From NCBI GenBank assembly GCA_045593685.1, contig JAZNXD010000027.1:29569-93568 (forward strand): DNA of 64,000 nt, in the 5' to 3' direction. Numbering within the stretch: position 1 is the stretch's first letter; every line of letters begins with the position of its first letter. The position numbers and the translations under genes are program-made. This stretch comes from Candidatus Enterousia sp. Lineage in GTDB: Bacteria; Pseudomonadota; Alphaproteobacteria; Rs-D84. The notes beneath the pieces were generated by a model that saw only the letters and a program-made list of their open reading frames with translations, made no database searches and was not told the DNA's origin. Shown here in pieces: positions 1 through 8,863 of the stretch.

Positions 1-437
1 AGGGTTGCCTGGGCCAGTTGCTGGGTCAGGTCGTCCACCCTGGTTTGTAATTCTGTGCCGCGGGATTGTAATTGATTTACCTGATTTTCATATGCTGTAA
101 TTAAATCTTCGATGCTTAGATCCATTTCGTTTAATTCGGCATTTAGTTCGGCGTTATCCTGTTCCAGGGATTGCAATTCATTGCGTGCCAGGATTAGTAG
201 GCGTTTGGCCTCTTGTTCGTCCATGGTCATTTGTTGAATCTTTTCGGCCTGTTCGGCGTTTGCCGTGCGCAATTCTGCGACCGTTTTGGCGCCGGTCGTT
301 TTGTTAAATACACTGGTCGTTGTCCACAGAAATACAAAGACAATCAACAGGAATATCAATATGATAACCAAATTTGAAAACAAATCCACGAAGCCGGGCC
401 ATGCATTTGTTGTGCTGCGATAACGAATATTCATCAT
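1..437 (-). CDS. MotB/ExbD-like stator partner, N-terminal part only (gene runs off the left edge)
   Basis: Hand translation of the minus strand from ATG 437 gives MMNIRYRSTTNAWPGFVDLFSNLVIILIFLLIVFVFLW... It has one TM helix preceded by a conserved Asp (FVDLF) as in MotB-type plugs, then a Q/E/L-rich heptad coiled coil. It starts 27 nt downstream of the MotA-like gene. It is absent from the ORF track because it is open at the edge. Confidence 0.5.
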   Translation of the reverse strand, partial: MMNIRYRSTTNAWPGFVDLFSNLVIILIFLLIVFVFLWTTTSVFNKTTGAKTVAELRTANAEQAEKIQQMTMDEQEAKRLLILARNELQSLEQDNAELNAELNEMDLSIEDLITAYENQVNQLQSRGTELQTRVDDLTQQLAQAT

Positions 438-463
438 GTTTTTTCTCTCTCTTGTCGGGTTTA

Positions 464-1216
464 TTATTTCTTGTTTTTTATTTTTGTTATTTCGTGTGTT
501 GTCAAATTTATTTGCGGCAATATCGATGTTGTGTCCACGGGGGTGGCAACGTGTGTGTGTGCGGCCAGGTAATCTTCCAGTTCATGGTATATGGCGTTTT
601 GGGCCGATTGTACCTGAAGTGCCAGGAATCCGACGGTCAAACTGCCCCCCAGGCCAAGTAGCGAACTGGTAAATGCGGTGGCCATGCCCGCCAATGGACG
701 GGATAGACCCGCCTGCATTGAATTAAGTACCGTTTCATCAGAAAAGTTCAGGTTACCAATTAATTCCGCAAAACCGCCAACCGTTAAGATTAATCCCCAA
801 AACGTCCCCAGTAATCCCAAAAATATTAAAGTGTTGGTGATATAGCGTACCGATTCGCGTGAATCTTCGAAACGCAATAAAATCATTTCCATAAAGCCGT
901 TTAGTGTTGTTGCAGATATACGCTTGGGGCGGGATGCCAACATTGTCGCCACGGGGCGCAACAGTCGTGGTGGCAGAACCGTTCCGCGTTTATGTGTGGT
1001 GTACCCATGTAACCATTTATATTCGGGCAGTAATTGGAACATCTGGATGAAACACAGCCCAATTCCAAACAGGGATGTGCCGATAATTACACCGTTTAAC
1101 CAAATGTTAGCGATTGATATTTCAATGAATTCAGCCCAAAAATACAGCAATCCCACAATCAATATTGCGGTAAATAATGCCATGCGGTTAAGGGCCCCGT
1201 GAAAATAACGTGTCAT
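464..1216 (-). CDS. MotA/TolQ/ExbB proton-channel family protein
   Basis: 250 aa. It has N-terminal TM helices and the C-terminal hallmark LGLLGTFWGLI...AGLSRPLAGMATAFTSSLLGLGGSL typical of the MotA/TolQ/ExbB family. Confidence 0.75.
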   Translation of the reverse strand: MTRYFHGALNRMALFTAILIVGLLYFWAEFIEISIANIWLNGVIIGTSLFGIGLCFIQMFQLLPEYKWLHGYTTHKRGTVLPPRLLRPVATMLASRPKRISATTLNGFMEMILLRFEDSRESVRYITNTLIFLGLLGTFWGLILTVGGFAELIGNLNFSDETVLNSMQAGLSRPLAGMATAFTSSLLGLGGSLTVGFLALQVQSAQNAIYHELEDYLAAHTHVATPVDTTSILPQINLTTHEITKIKNKK

Positions 1217-1387
1217 TTTTCTTCCCTGCCTTGTATTATAAGGTTAGTAAATTTTTAAAACCTGTGTCAACAGGTATTGTTGGGATATAAAAAAAGACTT
1301 GATTTTTGTTTGAAAATTGCCATAATTGGTGGCGTTCCTGCTGATGGTAATGGTGCCGTCGGCTGATTTAAGACCAAAGGAAATAAA

Positions 1388-1726
1388 ATGGCTTATTATG
1401 AAAGTGTCTTGGTTTTTCGCCAGGACTTGACCGAGTCGCAGGTAAAAGAAAAAGCGGCAAAATTCGCAGAAATCATCAAAGAATTGGGTGGTGATGTCAA
1501 GGCAACAGAATTCTGGGGCTTGAAAAATTTGGCGTATATCATCCGTAAAAATCGCAAGGCACACTATGTTATGTTGAACATTGAATTGCCGGGCAATCAG
1601 GTTACAGAATTGGAACGTCGTTCACGTATCGATGAAGACGTTATCAGATTCTTGAACGTGCGTGTTGATGAATTGTCATCCACACCTTCTATTATGATGA
1701 AAAAGAATACCGAGGAGGCTGAATAA
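1388..1726 (+). CDS. rpsF: 30S ribosomal protein S6
   Basis: [19 protein letters not shown]...[23 protein letters not shown] is a classic S6 sequence. It is followed by rpsR and rplI in the conserved order. Confidence 0.95.
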   Translation: MAYYESVLVFRQDLTESQVKEKAAKFAEIIKELGGDVKATEFWGLKNLAYIIRKNRKAHYVMLNIELPGNQVTELERRSRIDEDVIRFLNVRVDELSSTPSIMMKKNTEEAE

Positions 1727-1953
1727 TGGCAGTTCGTGCAGCAATTTATCGTAAAAAATCTAACCCTTTGAAGGGCAAGGTTATTGATTACAAAGATGTT
1801 AAGACTTTGTCACACTATATCACGGAACGTGGTAAAATCGTGCCAAGTCGTATCAGTGGTGTTTCCCAAAAGGATCAACGTGCGTTGGCAACCGCCATTA
1901 AACGTGCGCGTCATTTGGGGTTGATGCCATTTGTTCGCAACAATTTGGGGTAA
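1726..1953 (+). CDS. rpsR: 30S ribosomal protein S18
   Basis: [38 protein letters not shown]. The start overlaps the rpsF stop in a TAATG junction. Confidence 0.95.
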   Translation: MAVRAAIYRKKSNPLKGKVIDYKDVKTLSHYITERGKIVPSRISGVSQKDQRALATAIKRARHLGLMPFVRNNLG

Positions 1954-2113
1954 AATTAAATTCTGTGGATGTTGGTTGTGTTTGCTAGTTCTTATGTAGC
2001 ATTTGTACACGGCGAACTATCAAACACTTCCCATCATCTCGCATAATTTAATTTTTGATTCGGTAGAATATTTGGGATTTTTCCCTAACTTAAAAAAACT
2101 AAGGACAGATAAA

Positions 2114-2698
2114 ATGAAAGTTATTTTGACAGAAAAAATTACAAAGTTGGGCAATATCGGTGATGCAGTAGAAGTTAAAACCGGTTATGCACGTAATTAT
2201 TTGTTGCCAAACGGCAAGGCTATGCGTTTTACACGTGAAAATGTTGCGTTGTTTGAAGCGCAGAAGGCAGAATTGACCGCACGTCAGGAAGCGGCGAAAA
2301 AATCTGCCGAAGCAAATGTTGATGCGGTTAAAAATGCAAAATTGTATATGATCCGTCAGGCGGGTGATACCGGTCAGTTGTATGGTTCTGTATCTACACG
2401 TGATATTGCACGTATGTTAAAAGAAGTTGCAAATGTTGCGGTGGAATCGGCCCAGGTTATGTTGGGTGCGCCAATTAAATCTGTTGGTGCGTTTGAAACA
2501 CAAATCGCATTGCATCCAGATGTTATCGTGCCTGTGAAAATTTATGTGGCACAGTCGCAGGATGAAATCGAAGCGTTGGTTGCGGGCAAGACTTTGACAT
2601 TTGGTACCAAAAAGGTAGAAGAAGTTGAAGAAGCACCTGTTGCAGAAGAAAAGGCAGCGGAAGAAGCGGTTGCCGAAGAAACAACAGACGCAGAATAA
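2114..2698 (+). CDS. rplI: 50S ribosomal protein L9 with an acidic C-terminal tail
   Basis: MKVILTEKITKLGNIGDAVEVKTGYARNYLLPNGKA is the L9 N-domain. I chose ATG 2114 behind the aaggacag SD rather than the track start at 2003. Confidence 0.9.
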   Translation: MKVILTEKITKLGNIGDAVEVKTGYARNYLLPNGKAMRFTRENVALFEAQKAELTARQEAAKKSAEANVDAVKNAKLYMIRQAGDTGQLYGSVSTRDIARMLKEVANVAVESAQVMLGAPIKSVGAFETQIALHPDVIVPVKIYVAQSQDEIEALVAGKTLTFGTKKVEEVEEAPVAEEKAAEEAVAEETTDAE

Positions 2699-2715
2699 TG
2701 ATTTTGTGTTAGTGT

Positions 2716-2744
2716 AAAAAATCCCCCAAATGGGGGATTTTTTT
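2716..2744. terminator. Bidirectional intrinsic terminator (AAAAAATCCCCC-AAAT-GGGGGATTTTTTT)
   Basis: Perfect GC-core hairpin flanked by an A-run and a T-run. It lies between convergent rplI and the 2759-2971 ORF. Confidence 0.75.
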
Positions 2745-2758
2745 ATAAATAAATTGTT

Positions 2759-2971
2759 TTATTCTTCTGGGGGCAGGGGGGGCGTTGGTACAGATAGGGT
2801 GCCCGAAATCGAATAATTGCCGGACATAACCTGGGGGCTGGATTGATTGCCTGATATTGTTACGCATGTTTCGTTTACGTACTTCTTGCTGGCCAGGTTA
2901 ATGGTTTGATTTTCGGCGATTGCCGGTGTTATAAGAAATAAAAATGCAAATATTGGTAATATGCGTTTCAT
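2759..2971 (-). CDS. Small secreted protein (70 aa), hypothetical
   Basis: Signal peptide MKRILPIFAFLFLITPAIA. It shares an INLASKKYVNE motif with the 33000-33302 product and has a Pro-rich C-terminus. Confidence 0.5.
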   Translation of the reverse strand: MKRILPIFAFLFLITPAIAENQTINLASKKYVNETCVTISGNQSSPQVMSGNYSISGTLSVPTPPLPPEE

Positions 2972-3063
2972 ATAAAATCTCCCACAGAATTCTATGAGAG
3001 ATATTATACTGGATTTATCCTATAAAGGCAATAAATAAAATACCCACCAAAGTATTGGGGGAT

Positions 3064-4512
3064 TTATTTAGAGTGTTCCGAATTCATAATAAAATGTTTC
3101 ATGCCGGCTTCTTTTTTTATCCGTTCTGCATTAATCGTGGCGGTCGCGCGATTGGATAATTCTATGCGCAGGCCGTCGCTTGTTTCACATATATTTGTTG
3201 CGTGTACGTTATAGCCGCTGAATTTTTGTTTAATATTTGATATGCGAGAGTGCAGTTTGGTATCATATATTTGCCAAATAGGTTTTTGGGGCAGTGATGG
3301 ATTGTCGGTAACGATTCCATGAATTGCCAATAATGTACCACCAAACATTAATTTTACATCTGTATCAAAATGGTTTGATAATATTTTTCTGCCGTTTACA
3401 TAAACATTGTTATATGTGCCGTTCAGTGTCGTTTTTATGGGTTCTATTTTTATTACTAATTCGTTATTGTTGACCGGTGTTCTTATGTGGCCGGTGGTGC
3501 CATGTGAAATATCGGTAATGCGAATTGGTGCGGATTTTGTTTTTTGTGTGCATGTATCCTGTTTTTGGGGGGTGTCAACCGCAGCGTCTGTGTTTGTGGG
3601 ATGATTGATGATGTGTTTTAAAATATTTGTTTCTTTTATGTCGGGTGTTAGTGTCAACAGGGGATGTTTGCTTTCCTGGCCGGTGTGGTCAATTATGATT
3701 GTTTCGTTGGGCCGTAAAGTTTTTGCCCCCAATGGTAATGAGATAACATGGGTTGTCGCAACACCGTTTGATGGGAAGTACAAATAATGGCGAGATGAGT
3801 TTTTACTTTTTTTTGTGTACAGGTCATGGGTGGTGGCGATGTATGAAACGCTTTCAACGCCCGTGGGGATGTCTGAAAAGATTTTTCCGGTGGCGTAATT
3901 TATTAAATAAAGCACATGGTTTTGTGTGCTGGATTTTTTACGAATAACCGCGGTTTTCGTTTGTGTGTCCAACATGTACAATTCATATGGGGTTTTGGAT
4001 GCGGTCAGTATGTTTTTTGTTGTGGTGCCATCATCGAACACCAAACAATAATTTCCGTTTATCGTTTTTTTTGAATAAAGTGGAAATTTTGCACTGTCTT
4101 GTTTGGGTGATGCTTTTTTTGTGCCCTTGGAACGTCCGGAAAATGTCTGGGTTGTTCTATCATAGCCCGGAAAAGTTGTGGCCAAAGCGTTGTCTAATTC
4201 CGGTGATATCGGTAAATTATTTTTTTTGCGGTAATAGAAATGTGCGCGCAAATTGTGTGGAGACATTGCGGAAAAGTCCCTGGTCTTTCCCGTTGATTTA
4301 ATTTTTTTGTTCTTCTTGGGTGTGGTGGGGGTGGTGATATTCATTGCGTCTATAAGAATATCTTCGATGATGTGGTCAGATAGTCTTTTGACAATAATTA
4401 ACGCTATTTGTTTGACTGCTTCGTGCAGTATGGCCAAGGCTTCTGGGTCTTTTAATAATTCTTCCCTTAGGATTGCGTTGAAATCTAGGCGGTTGTTGTT
4501 GTTGTTGGACAT
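3064..4512 (-). CDS. Hypothetical protein (482 aa), N/K/T-rich, no signal peptide
   Basis: Long uninterrupted ORF starting MSNNNNNR. I recognise no family motif. It lies 53 nt downstream of the ABC exporter gene on the same strand. Confidence 0.6.
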   Translation of the reverse strand: MSNNNNNRLDFNAILREELLKDPEALAILHEAVKQIALIIVKRLSDHIIEDILIDAMNITTPTTPKKNKKIKSTGKTRDFSAMSPHNLRAHFYYRKKNNLPISPELDNALATTFPGYDRTTQTFSGRSKGTKKASPKQDSAKFPLYSKKTINGNYCLVFDDGTTTKNILTASKTPYELYMLDTQTKTAVIRKKSSTQNHVLYLINYATGKIFSDIPTGVESVSYIATTHDLYTKKSKNSSRHYLYFPSNGVATTHVISLPLGAKTLRPNETIIIDHTGQESKHPLLTLTPDIKETNILKHIINHPTNTDAAVDTPQKQDTCTQKTKSAPIRITDISHGTTGHIRTPVNNNELVIKIEPIKTTLNGTYNNVYVNGRKILSNHFDTDVKLMFGGTLLAIHGIVTDNPSLPQKPIWQIYDTKLHSRISNIKQKFSGYNVHATNICETSDGLRIELSNRATATINAERIKKEAGMKHFIMNSEHSK

Positions 4513-4565
4513 TATTTATTCCCCTTGTGTTGTCCCCGTTTTTATTCCCCCCCCCATGATAATTA

Positions 4566-6374
4566 TTATTTCTTTTTCTTGTTTTCTGTTTTGAATTGTA
4601 TATCGCGCAGTTTTTTGTATTCTCCGTCAAGCGCACACAGTTCAGCATCTGTGCCCATTTCGACAATTTCGCCATTTTTAATTACACAGATTATGTCCGC
4701 ATCCAAGATAGTGGACAGACGGTGTGCGATAACAAATGTTGTGCGTCCCTGCATCAAATCGTTCAGTGCAGATTGGATTAATTTTTCGCTTTCTGTGTCC
4801 AGGGCGGATGTGGCTTCGTCCAGTAACAGGATTGGTGCATCCTTTAATATTGCGCGTGCGATTGCAATTCGTTGTTTTTGGCCACCGGACAACAGGCCAC
4901 CGCCTTCGCCCACAGGTGTATTATATCCGTCGGGAAATTCGTTAATAAACCCGTCGGCATTTGCCGCCCGTGCGGCGGCAACCACCATTTCGTGTGTGGC
5001 ATCGGGATTGCCGTATTTTATGTTGTCTTCGATTGAGCCATTGAACAGGAACACGGATTGTGAAACCTCGGCTATATTTTCGCGCAGGGATTTTAGTGTG
5101 TATTTCCGGATGTCTGTTTTGTTAATTGTAACCTTGCCAATTTGGGGATCGTAAAAACGTTCCAACAGGTTGAATAATGTTGTTTTGCCGCCACCCGAAG
5201 GACCGACCAGCGCACAAACCTTGCCCGCGGGAACGTGCAGATTCAGGTTTTTTATAACCGGTTCATTTGGATTATAGGCAAATGATACGTCATGGAAACC
5301 GACCGACATTTTTTTTGCCGACAGTTCACGCGCATCAGGTGCATCGGTAATGTCGGGTTTGCTGTCCAAGAAGTTGAATAAGATTTCCGCCGCCAACAGA
5401 CCGTGTTGCAATGTGTCGCCGGTGCCGGTAATACTTTTTGCGGGCTTGTACGCCGCGGTTAACGCCAACAGAAATGCGGTAAAGTCACCGGTTGTGATGG
5501 CGCCCGATGATATAAAGTGGCCACCCATAATCATCGCAATACACAGACCGATAGAAATCATAAATTCCATTAATGGTGAACGCAGGGCGTTGGCCTGGGT
5601 GCTTTTGTAGGAATTGATAACCGATGAATTTAATACGCGGGCAAAGTTTTTTTCTTCGCGTTCTTCGGCGGCAAAGGCCTGGATTGTTTTAATGCCGTGT
5701 AATGTTTGGTTCAGTTGTTGTGATACGTTGTTGGCGATTCCAAATGATTGGCGTGACAACTTGCGACGTTTGCGCATAATTGCAACCATTGGAATCATAA
5801 TTGCAGGTGCCAGGAACATTAACACAATGCACATTTGGTGCGCATAATAAAACATTAATGCCAAGGTCATGATTAGTGTGGCTACATTTTGTACGACCTT
5901 GATCACGGTGCCCGTTACCAGGTTTAATACCGCGCCCGCCTGGACACTAAAATAGTTCAGGTTTTTACCAATGCCGTCGTCATAGAACCGGGCCAGGTTC
6001 ATGTGCGTCATGTGACGATATATTTTCTTTTGCAGATTTGCGCTGGCCAAGAGTCCCCCCTTGGACATGATTAATGCCTTGGCATAGGTAAATGTTCCCT
6101 TGGCACCAAATGCGATGATAACCTGAATTCCCAACCAATAGATGGCGTTCATGCTTTTTTCAATAAACGCCTTGTCCACAACCTGTTGAACCAGGGTGAT
6201 TGTATAGGCTTCGGCGCCGGCGGCCAGGACGGTAAATATTATACCGGCCACCAACCATTTCCAATATGGTGCACCAACTTCGCGCCATACGCGTCCATAC
6301 AGTGACCATTTAATACGACCGTTTGATTCATCGCCTTTGATAAAGGACTTAATTTTATTAGATATCTTTTTCAT
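4566..6374 (-). CDS. ABC exporter, fused permease/ATPase (MsbA/lipid exporter-like)
   Basis: 602 aa. N-terminal 6-TM domain, Walker A GPSGGGKTT, ABC signature LSGGQKQRIAIARA and Walker B ILLLDEATSALD. Confidence 0.85.
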   Translation of the reverse strand: MKKISNKIKSFIKGDESNGRIKWSLYGRVWREVGAPYWKWLVAGIIFTVLAAGAEAYTITLVQQVVDKAFIEKSMNAIYWLGIQVIIAFGAKGTFTYAKALIMSKGGLLASANLQKKIYRHMTHMNLARFYDDGIGKNLNYFSVQAGAVLNLVTGTVIKVVQNVATLIMTLALMFYYAHQMCIVLMFLAPAIMIPMVAIMRKRRKLSRQSFGIANNVSQQLNQTLHGIKTIQAFAAEEREEKNFARVLNSSVINSYKSTQANALRSPLMEFMISIGLCIAMIMGGHFISSGAITTGDFTAFLLALTAAYKPAKSITGTGDTLQHGLLAAEILFNFLDSKPDITDAPDARELSAKKMSVGFHDVSFAYNPNEPVIKNLNLHVPAGKVCALVGPSGGGKTTLFNLLERFYDPQIGKVTINKTDIRKYTLKSLRENIAEVSQSVFLFNGSIEDNIKYGNPDATHEMVVAAARAANADGFINEFPDGYNTPVGEGGGLLSGGQKQRIAIARAILKDAPILLLDEATSALDTESEKLIQSALNDLMQGRTTFVIAHRLSTILDADIICVIKNGEIVEMGTDAELCALDGEYKKLRDIQFKTENKKKK

Positions 6375-6419
6375 AGCATGCGTATTATAAAGCGCCCGTT
6401 GGATGATGTAAAGACGATT

Positions 6420-7382
6420 TTATTTGCCGTGCTTTTGCGCAAAGCGTTTTTGTGATTGTATCAGGCGTAATATCGCACCCCAATCCTTGTATTGGTCAAT
6501 AAAGCTGTGGCGTGAATCCTTGAACACAACAAATTTCCATAGATGACCATTTTTGCCCGCACGCAGGATGTTGTATTTTTTGCGCAGCTCTTCGGGTGGG
6601 GATTTTTTATCGCGACCACCGGCAACCAGTGTGATTGGAATATTATATTTGTCCATTAAATCCGGGTGAAATTCAACACTGTCAATATCATTATAGATTC
6701 TTGGCAGAATTGAAATATGTGGAACCTGGTCGTTTTGCAGTGGTTCGTGGGGGCTCCACATACTGACGGCGGTATTTTTAAATGTTTCGTCGTTGGGTTC
6801 GGAATCGAATTCGTGACGTTTGTAATAGTTGTGTATATATGTTGTAAAATTTTTATCCAAAAATGGCGCAAACATTATAGATGCACTGAAACGTAGTTTT
6901 TTGCGTTCACGAATACGTTTGTTATAGATTTCAAAAGTCGCGGTGGCACCGGCGCTGTGTCCAATTAGACATGAATAATCGAATTTTTTTTCTTTTACAT
7001 CCTTTTCAATGATGTCTAATCCGGCATCAATCAGGTCGATATATTCGGCAAAAGTATGTTTTTCAGCCAGTTCCTGGGATGTGTTGAGTAAAAAGTCGCC
7101 TAAAAAAGTATCCAGGCAATAGATGGCATGTTTGTTCATCAATGCCCAATATGCGATAACCTTCATCAATGGTTCGGTTCTTGTGTTTGACCCCAGCCCC
7201 GGTATCAGAATCAGGCAATTTGATAATGGCGCTTCGTTTATTGCGTAATGCGTTATGTGACCGATGGTTTTGTTTTCGGTGCGTGAACTGTAATTCATTT
7301 CCCAATTAAAGGTTTGTCCCTTTAATTCGGACAAAACATCCGAATAATTGTCGGGAATAAATGTATACTTGTGCGTTTTCAT
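6420..7382 (-). CDS. Alpha/beta-fold hydrolase
   Basis: Nucleophile elbow LIGHSAGAT, with later GGRD and SRHSF segments consistent with a Ser-Asp-His triad. Confidence 0.65.
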   Translation of the reverse strand: MKTHKYTFIPDNYSDVLSELKGQTFNWEMNYSSRTENKTIGHITHYAINEAPLSNCLILIPGLGSNTRTEPLMKVIAYWALMNKHAIYCLDTFLGDFLLNTSQELAEKHTFAEYIDLIDAGLDIIEKDVKEKKFDYSCLIGHSAGATATFEIYNKRIRERKKLRFSASIMFAPFLDKNFTTYIHNYYKRHEFDSEPNDETFKNTAVSMWSPHEPLQNDQVPHISILPRIYNDIDSVEFHPDLMDKYNIPITLVAGGRDKKSPPEELRKKYNILRAGKNGHLWKFVVFKDSRHSFIDQYKDWGAILRLIQSQKRFAQKHGK

Positions 7383-7466
7383 AATAAATTCTTTTATTTT
7401 TTATTGATTGTATATTATACAAATAAATACCGTTGTCAACATTTTAGTGCTCTGGTAATTTTTATG

Positions 7467-7495
7467 TTGACATTTTGTTGGATACGGTATAAAAT
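7467..7495 (+). promoter_or_regulatory. Sigma70-type promoter for tRNA-Ala
   Basis: TTGACA (7467-7472), 17-nt spacer, TAAAAT (7490-7495). It sits about 35 nt upstream of the tRNA. Confidence 0.5.
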
Positions 7496-7528
7496 TCGTT
7501 CGCTTTCGTGATGAGGGTGCAAGGTTTT

Positions 7529-7604
7529 GGGGTCATAGCTCAGTTGGTAGAGCACCTGCTTTGCAAGCAGGGGGTCGTCAGTTCGAGTCTGATTGGCTCC
7601 ACCA
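7529..7604 (+). tRNA. tRNA-Ala (anticodon UGC)
   Basis: Cloverleaf folded by hand. Acceptor stem GGGGTCA/TGGCTCC includes the G3:U70 Ala identity pair. Anticodon loop is cTTTGCAAg, T-loop is GTTCGAG, and CCA is encoded. Confidence 0.95.
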
Positions 7605-7682
7605 AAAATAAAAAGGGAAGGGGACCGCGGTCCCTTTCTTAGGTTAATAATTAAGATAATGCGTTAAAGGGGGTGAATACAT

Positions 7683-7889
7683 ATGGTTAAGGTTCTGGTT
7701 CGCGATAACAACGTCGAACAGGCATTGCGTGTTGCAAAACGTAAATCGCAAAAAGAAGGTCTGTACCGCGAAATGAAGGAACGTCAGCGTTATGAAAAAC
7801 CAACAACAAAACGCAAACGTTTAAAAGAAGAAGCCGTTCGCAACGAAAAGAAACGTCAATCAAAACAGCGTATGGTTTTCGGATTCTAG
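7683..7889 (+). CDS. rpsU: 30S ribosomal protein S21
   Basis: [40 protein letters not shown] is a typical S21. Confidence 0.9.
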   Translation: MVKVLVRDNNVEQALRVAKRKSQKEGLYREMKERQRYEKPTTKRKRLKEEAVRNEKKRQSKQRMVFGF

Positions 7890-7992
7890 TAAAAAATCCC
7901 ACCGTTTGGTGGGTTTTTTTGTTTGAAGGCGTTGGGACGATAAATAAAAAAAAACGGGTTGCCCCGTTTTTTTTTTGTGTGTTTGTTTTTGA

Positions 7993-8772
7993 TTATGAAT
8001 CTGCAGTCCAGCTTTCGAACGAAAGTCCCGCAACCTTGGAAATACATTCGCGATCGATTGTAAAGGAACTTCCATAAATGGCGGTTGTGGTTTCTGTTTG
8101 CTGCCAGTCAGATCCCTTGATATATCCCTTTTCGGTGCAGTCAAATTCGACATCGTAACTTCTGCCTTTGCATGCGCTGGTCGAAAGGGCGGATGAAGAT
8201 GTCGCAACAGAAGAATTTTGGACGGTTGTTGTATCCGTGCCGCCGGCAACAGAATAACCTTCGTTACATGTCCATCTACATTTAAAGCCATTGGCATTGG
8301 AGTCATAGTATGGTTCGCTGGCGGTGGCGTTTGCGACCGCGGAGCATGTTGGGTAATATGCACAGCCACTGTTCAATGCCATAACATCACTAAGTCCGGA
8401 TGTCATTACAACCGAGGTTTTTCTTTGGCCATTGACATAGAAATACGCGCCATTTTTACATGTAAATGTACATGTTCCGGAAAGGCCGGTGCTCGTACTA
8501 TTGGGCAGAGAATATCCTGTTGTGCCGCGTGCGGATGAGGCCACGTTTGATGCGGCGGTAAATGTGCATGTATCACTGGCGGCCACTTCCTCGTAATTTG
8601 CGGTAAAGATAGAGTTTTTTGCCTTTTTGTATGTGACGGTGGTGTCTTTGCTGTATTTGGTGCCATAGATAAGATCCGCCGCATCAGCCGAATCGGATAT
8701 AGAATATAATCCAATTGATGAAAGTGTTGCAATTACGTGCGAACACAGGCGTTTGAATTTCTTTGATAACAT
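7993..8772 (-). CDS. Secreted Cys-rich protein (259 aa), hypothetical
   Basis: N-terminal hydrophobic signal-like segment. About 12 Cys occur in C-x-x-G-Y-like contexts (CRWTCNEGYSV, DCTEKGYIKG). Ser/Thr-rich. Confidence 0.6.
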   Translation of the reverse strand: MLSKKFKRLCSHVIATLSSIGLYSISDSADAADLIYGTKYSKDTTVTYKKAKNSIFTANYEEVAASDTCTFTAASNVASSARGTTGYSLPNSTSTGLSGTCTFTCKNGAYFYVNGQRKTSVVMTSGLSDVMALNSGCAYYPTCSAVANATASEPYYDSNANGFKCRWTCNEGYSVAGGTDTTTVQNSSVATSSSALSTSACKGRSYDVEFDCTEKGYIKGSDWQQTETTTAIYGSSFTIDRECISKVAGLSFESWTADS

Positions 8773-8863
8773 CTTTCTCCCTTTCTTTTCTTTTTATCTA
8801 TTTTATAAAATTTTCGTATGTCTGTAAAGTGAAAAATATTTGTGGTTAAATGGCGTTGTTAGT

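Noticed and set aside
1-1216. Zorya-like anti-phage system (MotA/MotB homologues)
   Set aside because: ZorA carries a long cytoplasmic tail on the MotA-like subunit and is much larger than 250 aa. Here the coiled coil is on the MotB-like subunit. No ZorC/D/E-like genes are visible in the window. The left flank is unseen, so the question stays open.
2003-2113. N-terminal extensions offered by the ORF track (rplI 2003, slt 10503, nrdR 10097, rSAM 42107, 48269, ctpA 35462, the 34333 gene to 35577, clpB 50946)
   Set aside because: The extensions run through terminator hairpins, overlap upstream or divergent genes, or precede well-placed SD+ATG sites that start at the conserved family N-terminus. 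The internal starts were chosen instead.
4525-5154. 209-aa plus-strand ORF, and similar ORFs at 5350-5847
   Set aside because: They are antisense to the ABC exporter, which has canonical Walker and signature motifs.
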